Positions 36,514 to 47,292 of a DNA stretch of 64,000 nucleotides are shown here, in pieces. How positions within the stretch are numbered: the first letter of the stretch is position 1; each line of letters begins with the position of its first letter. The position numbers were made by a program, and so were the translations under genes. Source of the DNA: Octopus vulgaris (lineage: Eukaryota); NCBI GenBank assembly GCA_951406725.2, contig OX597823.1, positions 116,064,001 to 116,128,000 of the forward strand. The letters are read 5' to 3'. The notes beneath the pieces are model-generated. The model was given only the letters and a program-made list of their open reading frames with translations, was not told where the DNA came from and searched no databases.

Positions 36514-38363
36514 TTTTTTACTGTCGGCTTCTGTGTTGAAGAGTGTATTCGGGCTTGTGTTAGGAGACTTTTCATAGATTTAGGCTGTCTCTTGCTTTTT
36601 ATGATCGTGTGTGTTTGGAGGATTATGTTCATTCTGTGGTCTTTTTTCAGCAGGGGTATGTTTTGGAGGATGGTGTCGAAGGCTTCATTGTTGAGAGGGT
36701 TGTGTGTGGAGATGTATGGTAAGGCTTTTGGTCGTAAATTTTTCTTTAATTTGGGGTGTCTGAGTTCCTGGATGTTGAGTTGAAAGGTACGTTGAATGCA
36801 TATGTCAATAAGTGAAAGTGGGTAGTTTCTGGTGATGAGGGTATCTTTTAGTTCTTGTAGTCGTGTGTCTCTGGTGTTTGCATTAGAACCTATAGTACAT
36901 ATCCTTTTTGCTAGATTGAAGGAGATATTCATTCTGGTGTGTCTGGGGTGGTATGAATTGAAAGGAAGATATTGCTTAGAATCCGTAGGCTTGTAGTATA
37001 TATCTGTTTCTATTACATTATTAGATTTCTTAATGAGGATGTCGAGGAAGGGGAGTTGTTGCTGGCTATATTCCATTGTGAATTGGATGTTTACGTCCAG
37101 TCCATTTAAAATTGCTTGGAATTCTTTGAGTTTCTCTATATTTTCATGCCAAAGAATGAAACAGTCATCTAGGTATCTCTTCCAGTTGTTTTCTATGTAG
37201 AGGGAGAAAGGGCTGCCATATCTTTTTAGGACCTTACGATACACACTGATTTCTAGATATCCTATGACTAGGTTGGCAAAGGAGGGGGCCATTCGCGTAC
37301 CCATCGCAGTCCCCAATTTTTGTCGGTAGAAGTTGTCTTTGAAGGCGAAGAATTTATTTTCCAGGATGAATTTAACCCCTTCTATCACGAATTCTTTTTT
37401 GATGCAATGTGGGAGTTCGTTGGCGTGATTCTCTAGCCAGAATTGAATTGCTTCTATTCCTAGGTTGTGGGAGATATTAGAAGAGAGGTTGACTACATCG
37501 AAGGATATTAGTAGGGTGTTTTTGTTTATAGTATTCGGTAGGTGATTGAGCATATCCGGGTCGTCCCTTATATAGCTTTTGACATGTTTGAGGAATGGTT
37601 TTAAGAGGGTGTCTAAAAAGTTACAGAAGCAGTGGGTTTCACATGCAGGTCCTGCTATTATGGGTCTCAATTTGATGTCATTAGGAGTAGGGACTTTCAT
37701 TATTTTGTCTGTGGCTATCTTGCATGCATTACTTATTTTCTTACTTTTGTGTATCTTAGGAATACCGTAGAATTGGCTGGTTTTACTTGTGAAATTGGTC
37801 ATATAATCATATTCTTTGTCGGTGAGCCCTTCTTTGTATGGGTTTAACATGGATTTTAGTTCCCTCATTATTTTTTGTTGACTGTAGTTTTGTGCCTTTT
37901 CATAATATATTGTGTCTTCCAGCATAGATAGTATTAAAGTTATGTAAAATGTCGTGTCCATTAAGACAACTGCACTCCCTTTATCGGCCTCTTTGATTGT
38001 TATTGTTTTGTCTTGTCTTAATCTGTTCAGCTCAGCCCATTCTTTTTTGCTGAAGTTTGGTTTGTGTTTGTGCATATGTTGATATGGGTAATTCGAGATG
38101 TGTTCACAGAAATGATCAAGTGTTTTGTTCTTACCTTTAGAGGGGGTGTAGTTACTCCTATTTCTAACCAACGATTTGTCCTCATTGTATTTGTCGTATA
38201 GCTCCTCAGTAAGTTGTAATTTTCTACAGAATTCTGCGATGTCTTCTTTCATTTCATTGTAGTTGGGGTGTTGTGGGGTGGGTGTAAATTTGAGTCCTTT
38301 AGAGAGTATATTTATTTGGTTTGCTGTTAGTTCACTATGAGTTAGATTGATAATTTTTATCAC
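36477..38363 (-). CDS. Penelope-like element reverse transcriptase (disrupted polyprotein)
   Basis: Motifs LSKGLKFTPTP, IKEADKG, FYGIPKIHK, LRPII, SFDVVNL, GTAMGTRMAPSFANL, WKRYLDDCF, LPFLD, IYYKPTD. Several consensus positions look substituted, consistent with decay. Confidence 0.92.
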   Translation of the reverse strand: MIKIINLTHSELTANQINILSKGLKFTPTPQHPNYNEMKEDIAEFCRKLQLTEELYDKYNEDKSLVRNRSNYTPSKGKNKTLDHFCEHISNYPYQHMHKHKPNFSKKEWAELNRLRQDKTITIKEADKGSAVVLMDTTFYITLILSMLEDTIYYEKAQNYSQQKIMRELKSMLNPYKEGLTDKEYDYMTNFTSKTSQFYGIPKIHKSKKISNACKIATDKIMKVPTPNDIKLRPIIAGPACETHCFCNFLDTLLKPFLKHVKSYIRDDPDMLNHLPNTINKNTLLISFDVVNLSSNISHNLGIEAIQFWLENHANELPHCIKKEFVIEGVKFILENKFFAFKDNFYRQKLGTAMGTRMAPSFANLVIGYLEISVYRKVLKRYGSPFSLYIENNWKRYLDDCFILWHENIEKLKEFQAILNGLDVNIQFTMEYSQQQLPFLDILIKKSNNVIETDIYYKPTDSKQYLPFNSYHPRHTRMNISFNLAKRICTIGSNANTRDTRLQELKDTLITRNYPLSLIDICIQRTFQLNIQELRHPKLKKNLRPKALPYISTHNPLNNEAFDTILQNIPLLKKDHRMNIILQTHTIIKSKRQPKSMKSLLTQARIHSSTQKPTVKNVEDSIAGYAII

Positions 38364-38678
38364 TTTTGGTTCCTCCTGCCTGTCTGGTGCTATCTTGTGT
38401 CTCTGTGTTTGTGTATTGGGTCTAAAAAATGAATGCGGTGGTTGAGACAGTAGCCATTATATAGTTGTTCCTTGTTGATGTGGGGTGCCCTGTTGTGATT
38501 TATGGTGTGTGTTCTTGGAACAGTATTGAGAAGTGCATCCCGATATACTGTTCCAAGTGCGTCTCGTCAATACTGTTCGAAGAACCCCTTTACTTGTGTG
38601 ATTTTTTTGCTACCCTGATAACAATTTTTTTTTTTTTCCGTGTTAATTGTTAACAAGGGAAAAATACACTCATCTATT

Positions 38679-38721
<43 letters not shown>

Positions 38722-38726
<5 letters not shown>

Positions 38727-38884
38727 ATCCAAACAGGAAAACACAAAGAGGAAACACAACAACGCGAGGACGTGGAACAAGTATAGTATTATTGGACGCT
38801 CAGAAAAGAAGGAAAGAAGGAGGGTTTAACATTTCGAGTGGAGCTCTTTGTCAGAAACATAGGAAAAGGAAAGATCCAAAGAAG
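38722..38884 (-). mobile_element. Second PLE-type terminal family with hammerhead motif, abutting (TA)n
   Basis: Reverse-complement homolog of 59086-59322. Confidence 0.65.
38824..38858 (-). ncRNA. Minimal type-I hammerhead-like motif
   Basis: gttt-CTGACAA-a-gagc(tcc)actc-GAAA-tg-TT-aaac. The deviations from CTGACGA/gctc/cg are all CpG-type changes. Confidence 0.65.
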
Positions 38885-39280
38885 AGGAGAGTATTGTAGT
38901 TCGCTTGAAGCATTGTGTATTGTTTGGGAAATATAACGTGTCTGGAATGGCACAGCAATACAGGGTGGACTCCAATTTTAGCATGTTTCTTCGATAGCTT
39001 GATTAACACCCTAGCTGTTTTGAACTCAGCCTGGCCCAGTTGTAGAGTTAGGAGAAACGTGCTAAAATTGGAGTCCACCCTGTATTGCTGTGCCATTCAA
39101 GACACATTATATTTCACAAACAATACACAATGCTTCAAGTGAACTACAATACTCTCCTATCTCTACCCCCTGGGCCAGGCCAAGTTTGCAACCACTACAG
39201 AGTTAATCAAGCTATCAGAGAAACGTGCTAAAATCAGAGTCCACTCTGCATTGCTGTGTGCCATTCAAGACTCATTATAT
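38885..39280. repeat. ~105-bp inverted repeat (38885-38990 vs 39053-39158) plus a third partial direct copy (~39203-39280)
   Basis: aggagagtattgtagttc...gcatgtttct versus agaaacgtgc...gaactacaatactctcct. Confidence 0.85.
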
Positions 39281-39288
39281 ATGCATAT

Positions 39289-39341
<53 letters not shown>

Positions 39342-40377
39342 CTTACTTGGAAATGGATGCATGGCATTCAAATAAATTATAAATAATATATTGAATATAT
39401 ATTTACATATATGTACATATTGATGTATATTTTTTATGTCAAGGTCAGATTCAGTTTTTTATTGTATACATATTTATATAATATTTTTTGTGATATCAAT
39501 ATTTTCTTATTTTAATACATGTATATGTAAACATTTTGAATGTTAGTATAGAAGTATATATACGTGTGTGTGTGTGTATGTATTTATATATGTGTGTGTG
39601 TGTGTATGTATATATATATATATATTCATACATGCATAAACATATACATATATGTTTTCACATCTTTTCAATGGCTTTTCTGAGATTGCTTTGAGAAATA
39701 CCATCATGCATTCAATCTTTGAACCAATTTTTAAATTTTTTTCTTTAATATTTTATGTGAAATGCTGAGCTATCTAGGAATAATTTGTCCATGAAATAGT
39801 TCTTTGATCTTAACAAATCCCTATACTGCTGTATATAATATATATATATATATATATATGCAACAGACATGATACTATGTAAAGTGTTTGTAATTTTTCC
39901 TTTTAGCTAACCAATTTCTCTTTAATGGAATATTTCTTGCTAACTGTTTGACATTTTCTATATTGTAAACATTGCCTTGAATAATTAAACCTTCAAGATT
40001 ATTATGTTGTTTTTTGATTTTATTACCTTGAAAGCGTTCTTTTTTTAAATTCTCTCCACAAAACCTAAATTCATGATGGATGTATATTTTATCCCTTTTA
40101 ATTTTCTGTTTGTTAATGTATAAAATATTTGACAGTGTTATTCCCTGGATGCTTTTGTGTGATTCTGTAAATTCTTGTTTCAAGACAAAATTGCATCAGT
40201 ATTCTCGCAGAACACAAGCGATAACTGTTGATTTTGTAGATTCAGCTCCAGAATACAGTATTCGTTTCACTGCAATCATGTGTCACTTTCCACAAACATC
40301 TAAAGAAAAGAAAAAAAAAATGAAACGATCTTTCTGCTTCTAGCTAATTTCTCTTCATTGTTTTTATTTATTATTTA

Positions 40378-40752
40378 CTAGCAGTATCGCCCGGCGTTGC
40401 TCGGGTTTGTAAGGGAAATAACTATATAAGCATTTTTAGAGAGTTATAGCAAAAAAATGCATCAAAAATGGAAAAAAATTATGGTAAATTTTTTTTAAAT
40501 CGTTGACTCATCGTGGACATTTTTAGAGAGTTACTTCCCTTATATAATATCGAAAAAATGCATCAAAAGGGAAAAAAATGATGGTAAATTTTTTTTTAAA
40601 TCGTAGACTCATCGTAGACGCGCGCTAATACCCAGAAGGGCTCGATATGAATCACGACTATAAGATGGTTAAACTGCACTGCAAAATGTGGGAGTAGTTA
40701 GGAATCTAAATCGTAGGAGACAGACACACAACTTGACTTTTATATATAAAGA
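40378..40752 (-). mobile_element. Complete non-autonomous Helitron
   Basis: Minus strand A|TCtttatatataaaag...cccgagcaacgccggg (hairpin) cgatactgCTAG|T; no TSD; internal ~90-bp tandem duplication. Confidence 0.9.
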
Positions 40753-41625
40753 TTTATTCCTCTGCTAACATGAGTAACTAATTCTTGAGGTACTTTCTGC
40801 ATTTTATTATAGAGATCAGCCGAAAGTTGTTGGTTGTTGTCAAATATAGTAGACAACTTTGGAAGTTGTAAGCTTTTCTCTGTTACCATTTATTGGCTTC
40901 AAAGTGTTCAAAACTGTAAACACTTGAGAATTAGTAAACATGATCACCATGTTTATATAAAGACTCTTTCAACATGAAGAATTTCTTCATAGGCAGTTAC
41001 CACCTGTTATAGTTGTTCTTAGCTATTATAACTATTATAACCACCTGTTATAATAGTTCTTAACTATTTTATAGACAGTTAGAACTGTAATAGATGGTAG
41101 AAGATAGTTGATCACCTGGTGGCATTTTTATTAATGAGGGGTGTGTTTGTTTTGTTTTGTTTTGTTTTCATCAGTTCGAAAAACAGGAATTTTGTGAAAT
41201 TTGAGCATTTATATATTTCTGGAGAAATTAGTTATGACTGAAACCTTTTCCTAACTATCCATAATACAAATGGTACCAACCAAGTGACAGTTTTCTGACA
41301 GAGTTGGTCGAGTTCAGGAGCCAAACACAAAGACTGTGCTGAAAGGAATTAAGAGTCCAACACATAATGATATGAACGGTTTGACAGGAACTGGTCAGGC
41401 AGAAGACTGCACCAGACTTCTGTGTCTGCCTTGGAATAGGTTGACTGAATGCTTTTTATATGGCACCAGCACAGGCCACATAAAAAGCACTCAGAGTTAA
41501 TTAAAAATGATGTGAATAAATAAGATTTAACATTTGACAGAGTAATCTGAATGCTAAGAGTTGATGGCATTGAACTTAGAATTTGAAACACTGATTAATA
41601 ACATAAATGTAATTGGGTTTGGTAA

Positions 41626-42056
41626 CCCTTTTGATTCCAACCTGCTTAGGACTGCCCTTGGTTCTATGATACGAATTTCTAGTTTTAGAATATCTAAATT
41701 AAAGCCTTCCATCAAACACACTTTGAACTAATCTGAGATGAGAAACTTAAAGAAAAGAGATGTCAACGTCATCTCCGACTCATCAACAACATAATAGGCA
41801 ATTTCTCCTTGTCATTTGTCTTCAAGGACATGCCATTACAGGATTGGACTATTTTCACATCTATCAACTCACAAAATATAAGATAAGACTCCTAGAGAAC
41901 AATGTTGTCGTCAACATTGATGGACAACTATAAGCAAGTTATTTATGTTCCAAACAGCAGCTTAAAAAACAACGAAGTCGTTTTACTAAACTTTTCATTA
42001 CTTTCAAAATTAATTGACACAAAAGTGGCATATTTCAACCAAAATATGATAGCAAA
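41626..42056. mobile_element. Degenerate copy of the TTAA-MITE, interrupted by a ~220-bp insert
   Basis: Colinear with 34014-34212 except for extra sequence at ~41718-41938. Confidence 0.5.
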
Positions 42057-42279
42057 ACTCATGTATGAATTGTGAATTAAATGCTGGATGAATGTGATGT
42101 CATGGAATTCAATATATTGTCTTTTTTCCCTATCAGTTGTTCTGCTTGTTACTAGAGAAATTTCATCTGATGATGTGTTCCATAGTTATTGATCAGTCTA
42201 CCTGGTCAGGGATTAAAATTTTGTTAAATGAAGACATTTATAAGATATTTAAAGAAATAAGCTTATAAGGTTTATCTTT

Positions 42280-42556
42280 TAATTGTTTGAGTCATTAGAG
42301 GAGAGCCATACAAGAACACCATTTTGAAGGATTTTAGTTGAACAAATCAATGCCAGAACATATTTTTCTCTAAAGCCTGGTACTTATTCTAGCATTCTCT
42401 TTTGCCAAACTGCTAAGTTACAGGAATGTAAATACACTAACATTGGTTGTCAAGCGGCAGCTAGCAGGGACAAACACAAACACAAAAACACACACACATA
42501 TTCACACACAAACACACACATGCATACAAATATACATACATACATACATACATACA
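42280..42556 (-). mobile_element. SINE family A 3' half (interrupted by mariner)
   Basis: Matches the family tail; its internal (CATA)n tract carries the mariner insertion. Confidence 0.65.
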
Positions 42557-42558
42557 TA

Positions 42559-43809
42559 TCGGGTCATCCCATAGGTTCTGTCCGAATTTTGAATAAAAAA
42601 AACAAGTGATCAAATGTTATATTTAATAGAAATTGAATCATCAATGTACTTTCTCTGATTATCAATGACTTCCTTCCATCTCTTTACAAGCTTTTGAATC
42701 CCATCAATGTGAAACTCTTTTGGTTTCAAATCGAAGAACTCTGAAAGGTCAGTTTCAACCTCTTCTGGGCTTGTGAAAGTTATGTCCCCCAAATGATTCT
42801 GTAAACTATGAAACAAATGGTTGTCTGAAGGAGCAAGGTTGGAAGAATAAGGTGGATGAGGAATTTTTTCCTAACCAAGCCCTTCGATCTTCTGTGATGT
42901 GATATTTGCAGTGTGGGGTCATGCATTGTCCTGATGAAAAATCACTCCTTTTCGAGATCACTGAAGCAGGTCTTTTTTCCTTCAAAGCTTGGTTCAAACG
43001 CTCTAATTACTGACTGTAGACTTGAGCATTGATTGTTGCATTAGATGGTAATAATTCAAAGTGAATTACTCCTTTGCAATCCCACCAGATAGAGAGAAGA
43101 ACCTTTTTCCCATGAAGTTCCCTTCTCGGTTGTGGTTGAGCTTTCTCCCTTTTACCAAGCAACTGTTTACAATGTTTAACATTTCGATAGAAGATCCATT
43201 TTCCATCACCAGCCACAAGTCTTTCTAAAAAGGGTGAAATAAGTTTGTGAGAATGGAGAGAAGAGCAGATATCAACTCGGGATTTGCAGTTATTTCGGAC
43301 AACTCATGAGGCACCCATTTTCCAAGTTTAGGAACATTTCCAAGTTGTTGAAGATGACGATGAACAGTTGTATGGTTTGAACTAAGCTTTATTGCCAATT
43401 CTTCAACTGATAAAAGAGAATTTTCTTCAAGTAATGCCTCAAGGAGCTTATCATCAAACTCAACTGGACGTCCTGTTCGAACTTCATCTTCAAAGCTGAA
43501 ATCTCCACTTCTGAATTTTGCAAACCATCCTCTGCAAGTTCTTTCATTCAAGCATCCTTTCCCATAAACTGAGTCTATGTTTTGAGTCGCTTCGGCTGCA
43601 GAGTTTCCTCTTTGGATACTTCCATGTTAGAAAGGGTTTCAATCAAAGAAATTTTAATTCTATTATTCTGTAAAATAATATTTAATTAGTTTAAATGTAC
43701 ACAAATGCATAAAAATGATTTTTACTGCCATTAGACATTCTAAAATACTATTAAATTTCATTCAATTTTAGAAAAGGTAAAATCGGACGGAACTTATGGG
43801 ATGAACTGA
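42559..43809 (-). mobile_element. Near full-length decayed mariner (DD34D) transposon
   Basis: TIRs tcgggtcatcccataggttctgtccga / tcggacggaacttatgggatgaactga with TA duplications. Fragments encode WFAKFRSGDFS, WVPHEL, GDGKW, HQDNA*PH, PPYSSNLAPSD and GIQKLVKRW across several frameshifts. Confidence 0.92.
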
Positions 43810-45020
43810 TACATACAATGAGCTTTATGTAGAGAAACGTTTTATATGAATGCATTTGATTACAGTTCTGAAGAAATATTTAGTTGCTTAGAATTTATCT
43901 AGAGTAGAACAGAATAACTTTAGTGTCGGCCTAAGATCTCAGCAACTATTACAGACTAATAGTAACACTTCTACACCTTTGCTTCTATTTGTTTTCATAG
44001 CAGCTGTACCTAGCTTAGTATAAAATCAACCAAGTGACACTAATTAACCCTTCAGAGTTTCTATTAGATCACTCTTGCTTTTATAATTTATACATTATTG
44101 GTTCAATTCCTGCTGTGATAAGGAATACTATCATGGCTGAATTAGTAACTCAAATAATCTTATTCCAAACAGACACTGCAAGAAATAGCTTCTTGTTTAA
44201 TTAATATGGAAATCTCTTCGCTACACCTAACGTATTTTTCTCCCTCCCTCTCAAGAAACAAATATAAACTATCGGGCAACTCTGGGATCCCATAGTTTAG
44301 TGAATGCTCATGCAAACAGAAAGATATACATATATATAAAAAAAAATAATAATAAAATAAAGATTGTTTATCTCTTATCATCAGAATATATGATTAGTTT
44401 GTGATTCCTGTCCATATAGTACGTTGTAGTAGAAACTAAGTATACAGTTGATCGGTTCAGTGTTGGTGGAGGTGGAGGTTGGGGTGGAATGGGGGTGGGT
44501 AACTTATTGGTTCTTCTTTGATTAATCCCTGATATTTGAGATATTGGCTTGCAGAAGGGACAGAAAAATTGGTAGTTGGGTATAAAAGGGGTGTGGTAGA
44601 GAATTATAGTTGGGGGGTTAGTGGGTGTGTCTGTTAAGGAAAGAGTAATACAAAAGTGCAAACAAGCTTTCACATTTAGATGAGCCCTCTCTCTCTCTCT
44701 CTCTTGCTCTCCCACACACATACTCACACACCCACACACACAGAATGGTATCTACCTATTCTGAAGTGCACATGTCTATGCAAGTGAATATGCACAGGCA
44801 CACACATTGATATTTCGCTACGCAGAGGTAAAAAAGAGTGTGAAGATGAAGAGATGAAGAGGAAGAAAAAGAAAAAAAAAGAAAAAGAAAAAAAGAAATG
44901 AGAGAATGCAGAGTTGGATTAAAGATAAACATTGATAGGTAAGCGAGCAGAGATAAATTGTGTGTTTGTGTGTATGTATGTGTGTATGTGTGCATGTGTG
45001 TGTGTGTGTGTACATGTGAA

Positions 45021-45054
<34 letters not shown>

Positions 45055-45087
45055 CAGTAGCAGCCTTATCATCATTTTTATGCCCAT

Positions 45088-45358
45088 TCATCATCATCAT
45101 CATCATCATCGTTTAACGTCCGCTTTCCATGCTAGCATGGGTTGGACGATTTGACTGAGGGCTGGCAAACCAGATGGCAGCACCAGGCTTCAATCTTGAT
45201 CTGGCAGAGTTCCTACAGCTGGATGCCCTTCTTAACGCCAACCACTCTGAGAGTATAGTGGGTGCTTTTTACGTGCCACTGGCACAGAGGCCAGTCAGGT
45301 GGTACTGGCAAGGGCCACGCTCGAATCTTTTTACACATGCCACCGCCACAGGTGCCTT
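45088..45358 (-). mobile_element. RTE-tail repeat (left arm of inverted pair)
   Basis: (CAT)n gtttaacgtccgctttccatgctagcatggg... Confidence 0.85.
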
Positions 45359-45662
45359 CCATATTATTCAATGCTTGCAGTGACTTGAAGGGTGATCTTC
45401 AACATGACATTCTGTCACTTGTTGCATTTCTTTTTGTTATCTCTTTTGGGAGATTCAGCATCCTGAAATTAGCTTACACTATATCTTACCCCTGTCTTCC
45501 TTGGTCTTCCTGCTCCACTGGTTCCTTCTGCAGGAATCTCCTGGCTCTTATTCATCCCTCTATTATCATCTATATGCATTACTTGTTCCATGCCACCATA
45601 GGCTTCTTTCTTACACACTATATATTCATTTATACCCAATTTTTTTTTCTCAGTTCATCTCG

Positions 45663-45906
45663 AAAGATTCGAGCAAGGTCATTGTTAGTACCGCCTGACT
45701 GACCCCCGTACCGGTGGCACGTAAAAAGTACCCACTACACTCTCAGAGTGGTTGGTGTTAGGAAGGGCATCAAGCTGTAGAAACTCTGCCAGATCAAGAT
45801 TGGAGCCTGGTGCAGCCATCTGGTTTGCCAGCCCTCAGTCAAAATCGTCCAACCCATGCTAGCATGGAAAGCGGACGTTAAACAATGATGATGATGATGA
45901 TGATGA
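45663..45906 (+). mobile_element. RTE-tail repeat (right arm of inverted pair)
   Basis: aaagattcgagc...catgctagcatggaaagcggacgttaaac(gat)n. Confidence 0.85.
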
Positions 45907-46496
45907 TCTCAACCATGTCAGCCAGGCTAACATTACACATCCGGTCAATCATGCTCAGTTTGTTTCTTCCTAACATTTACCCACCTCCTGTATTCAATGC
46001 CCATATCTCACCCCGATGCAGCATCGCAGTTTGTGCACAAGCATCAGACAATCTACCCATTGCTTTGTGACAGAATTCCATTCTTGTCAGCAGAGGTAAC
46101 CATTCCCTGAACTTTTTCCATCCTATTCTTATTCTACAAAATTTCAGAACTCTATTTCTGAACATTACAATGAATATATTTGCCATTTTTTTCACCCCTT
46201 TTCTGAACTATTTCTGTATACCTGTCAGAGGCAAATTCTTTATTCACTGTCATCATGCCTTTGATTACATTAAACTACATCCACAGATCACACTTGGAAT
46301 GTTACATGGGATTTTTACCAACTTCTTTTCTTCATATTGAGCCTGGCCATTCTTATGGTAGCAGAGTTCTATCTTCTTTTCTACTTAATAGAACTTAAGA
46401 ACTTTACTGTTCCATATTTTAGAGACGAGGAATTCTGTACATTATTTACATTATTTACATTTGATGGATTTGTGTCCCCATCTTGTTTGTTGTTAC

Positions 46497-46539
46497 CACA
46501 ACGTCTCAGCTGATTTACTCTCCAGCCTTCATCAGGTGT
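46497..46539 (-). ncRNA. Minimal type-I hammerhead motif (canonical CUGAUGA)
   Basis: acac-CTGATGA-a-ggctg(gagagtaaat)cagct-GAGA-cg-TT-gtg. Confidence 0.7.
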
Positions 46540-46577
46540 CCTGGTAGAACTTTGATTCTCATTCCTAAGGTAGAGAC

Positions 46578-46618
<41 letters not shown>

Positions 46619-46645
46619 TCAGCATAAAAATACATTAGGAATGAG

Positions 46646-46690
46646 AACCCTGGTGAAGGCTGGAGGGTATATTAGCTGAAACGTTGTGTT
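46646..46690 (+). ncRNA. Minimal type-I hammerhead motif
   Basis: aacc-CTGGTGA-a-ggctg(gagggtatat)tagct-GAAA-cg-TT-gtgtt. Confidence 0.65.
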
Positions 46691-47074
46691 AACAACAAAC
46701 AAGATGAGGACACACATCAGTTCGATGTAAATAATGCAAATGATGTTAAGAACTTTAGTTTCTGTAAAGTCTGTACTAAGATTTCTTGATTCTAAATTTT
46801 CATATTTGGAATTTCCACTCTAAATATTCCACAGTTCCTCCTGATGAACTAGTTCATTTGCATACAGGGGGTGTTACGGACAATCAGTTTTAAACTTCAC
46901 TATTATGACCTAGAGGTCAATAATAAATAAGGTGGAGGTCAACCTTTGTGGACATTTACTTGCTTTTCAAATTTGTTATTGATTTTGTTGCCAACCCTTA
47001 TCTTGCTGACAGCATTTCTGTGCATGGGTTGCATTCCTCTCTCCAGCAATTCATCTTCACCAAGTTACTCTATT

Positions 47075-47222
47075 TACTGGCTGGCATTAGGGAGGGCATC
47101 CAGCCCTAGAAACTATGGCAGAATAGATAGAGAGCCTGAGCAGCTCTTCCACTGGCCAGCACCTGTCAAACCGTCCAACCCATGCCAGCATGGAAAATGG
47201 ACGTTAAATGATGATGATGATG

Positions 47223-47224
<2 letters not shown>
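47075..47224 (+). mobile_element. RTE-tail repeat, short
   Basis: ggcattagggagggcatccagc...ccaacccatgccagcatggaaaatggacgttaaat(gat)n. Confidence 0.75.
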
Positions 47225-47291
<67 letters not shown>

Positions 47292-47292
47292 C

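Larger units (their letters stand above)
35370..38650 (-). mobile_element. Penelope-like retroelement (Neptune-type: RT, Cys-rich linker, C-terminal GIY-YIG), flanked by (TA)n
   Basis: RT ORF 36477-38363, frameshifted endonuclease 36010-36513, and a 3' hammerhead-like motif at 35452-35497. Confidence 0.9.
46407..46745. mobile_element. Non-autonomous PLE-like unit: inverted pLTR-type halves around (AAT)n, 12-bp TSD
   Basis: Direct repeat ttaagaacttta at 46395-46406 and 46746-46757. The two halves are reverse-complementary and each contains a hammerhead motif. Confidence 0.75.

Noticed and set aside
39875-40183. 102-aa minus-strand ORF
   Set aside because: Only a faint resemblance to LINE ORF1 C-termini (K.K...IYI..F...LII.G.VY); too decayed to call.
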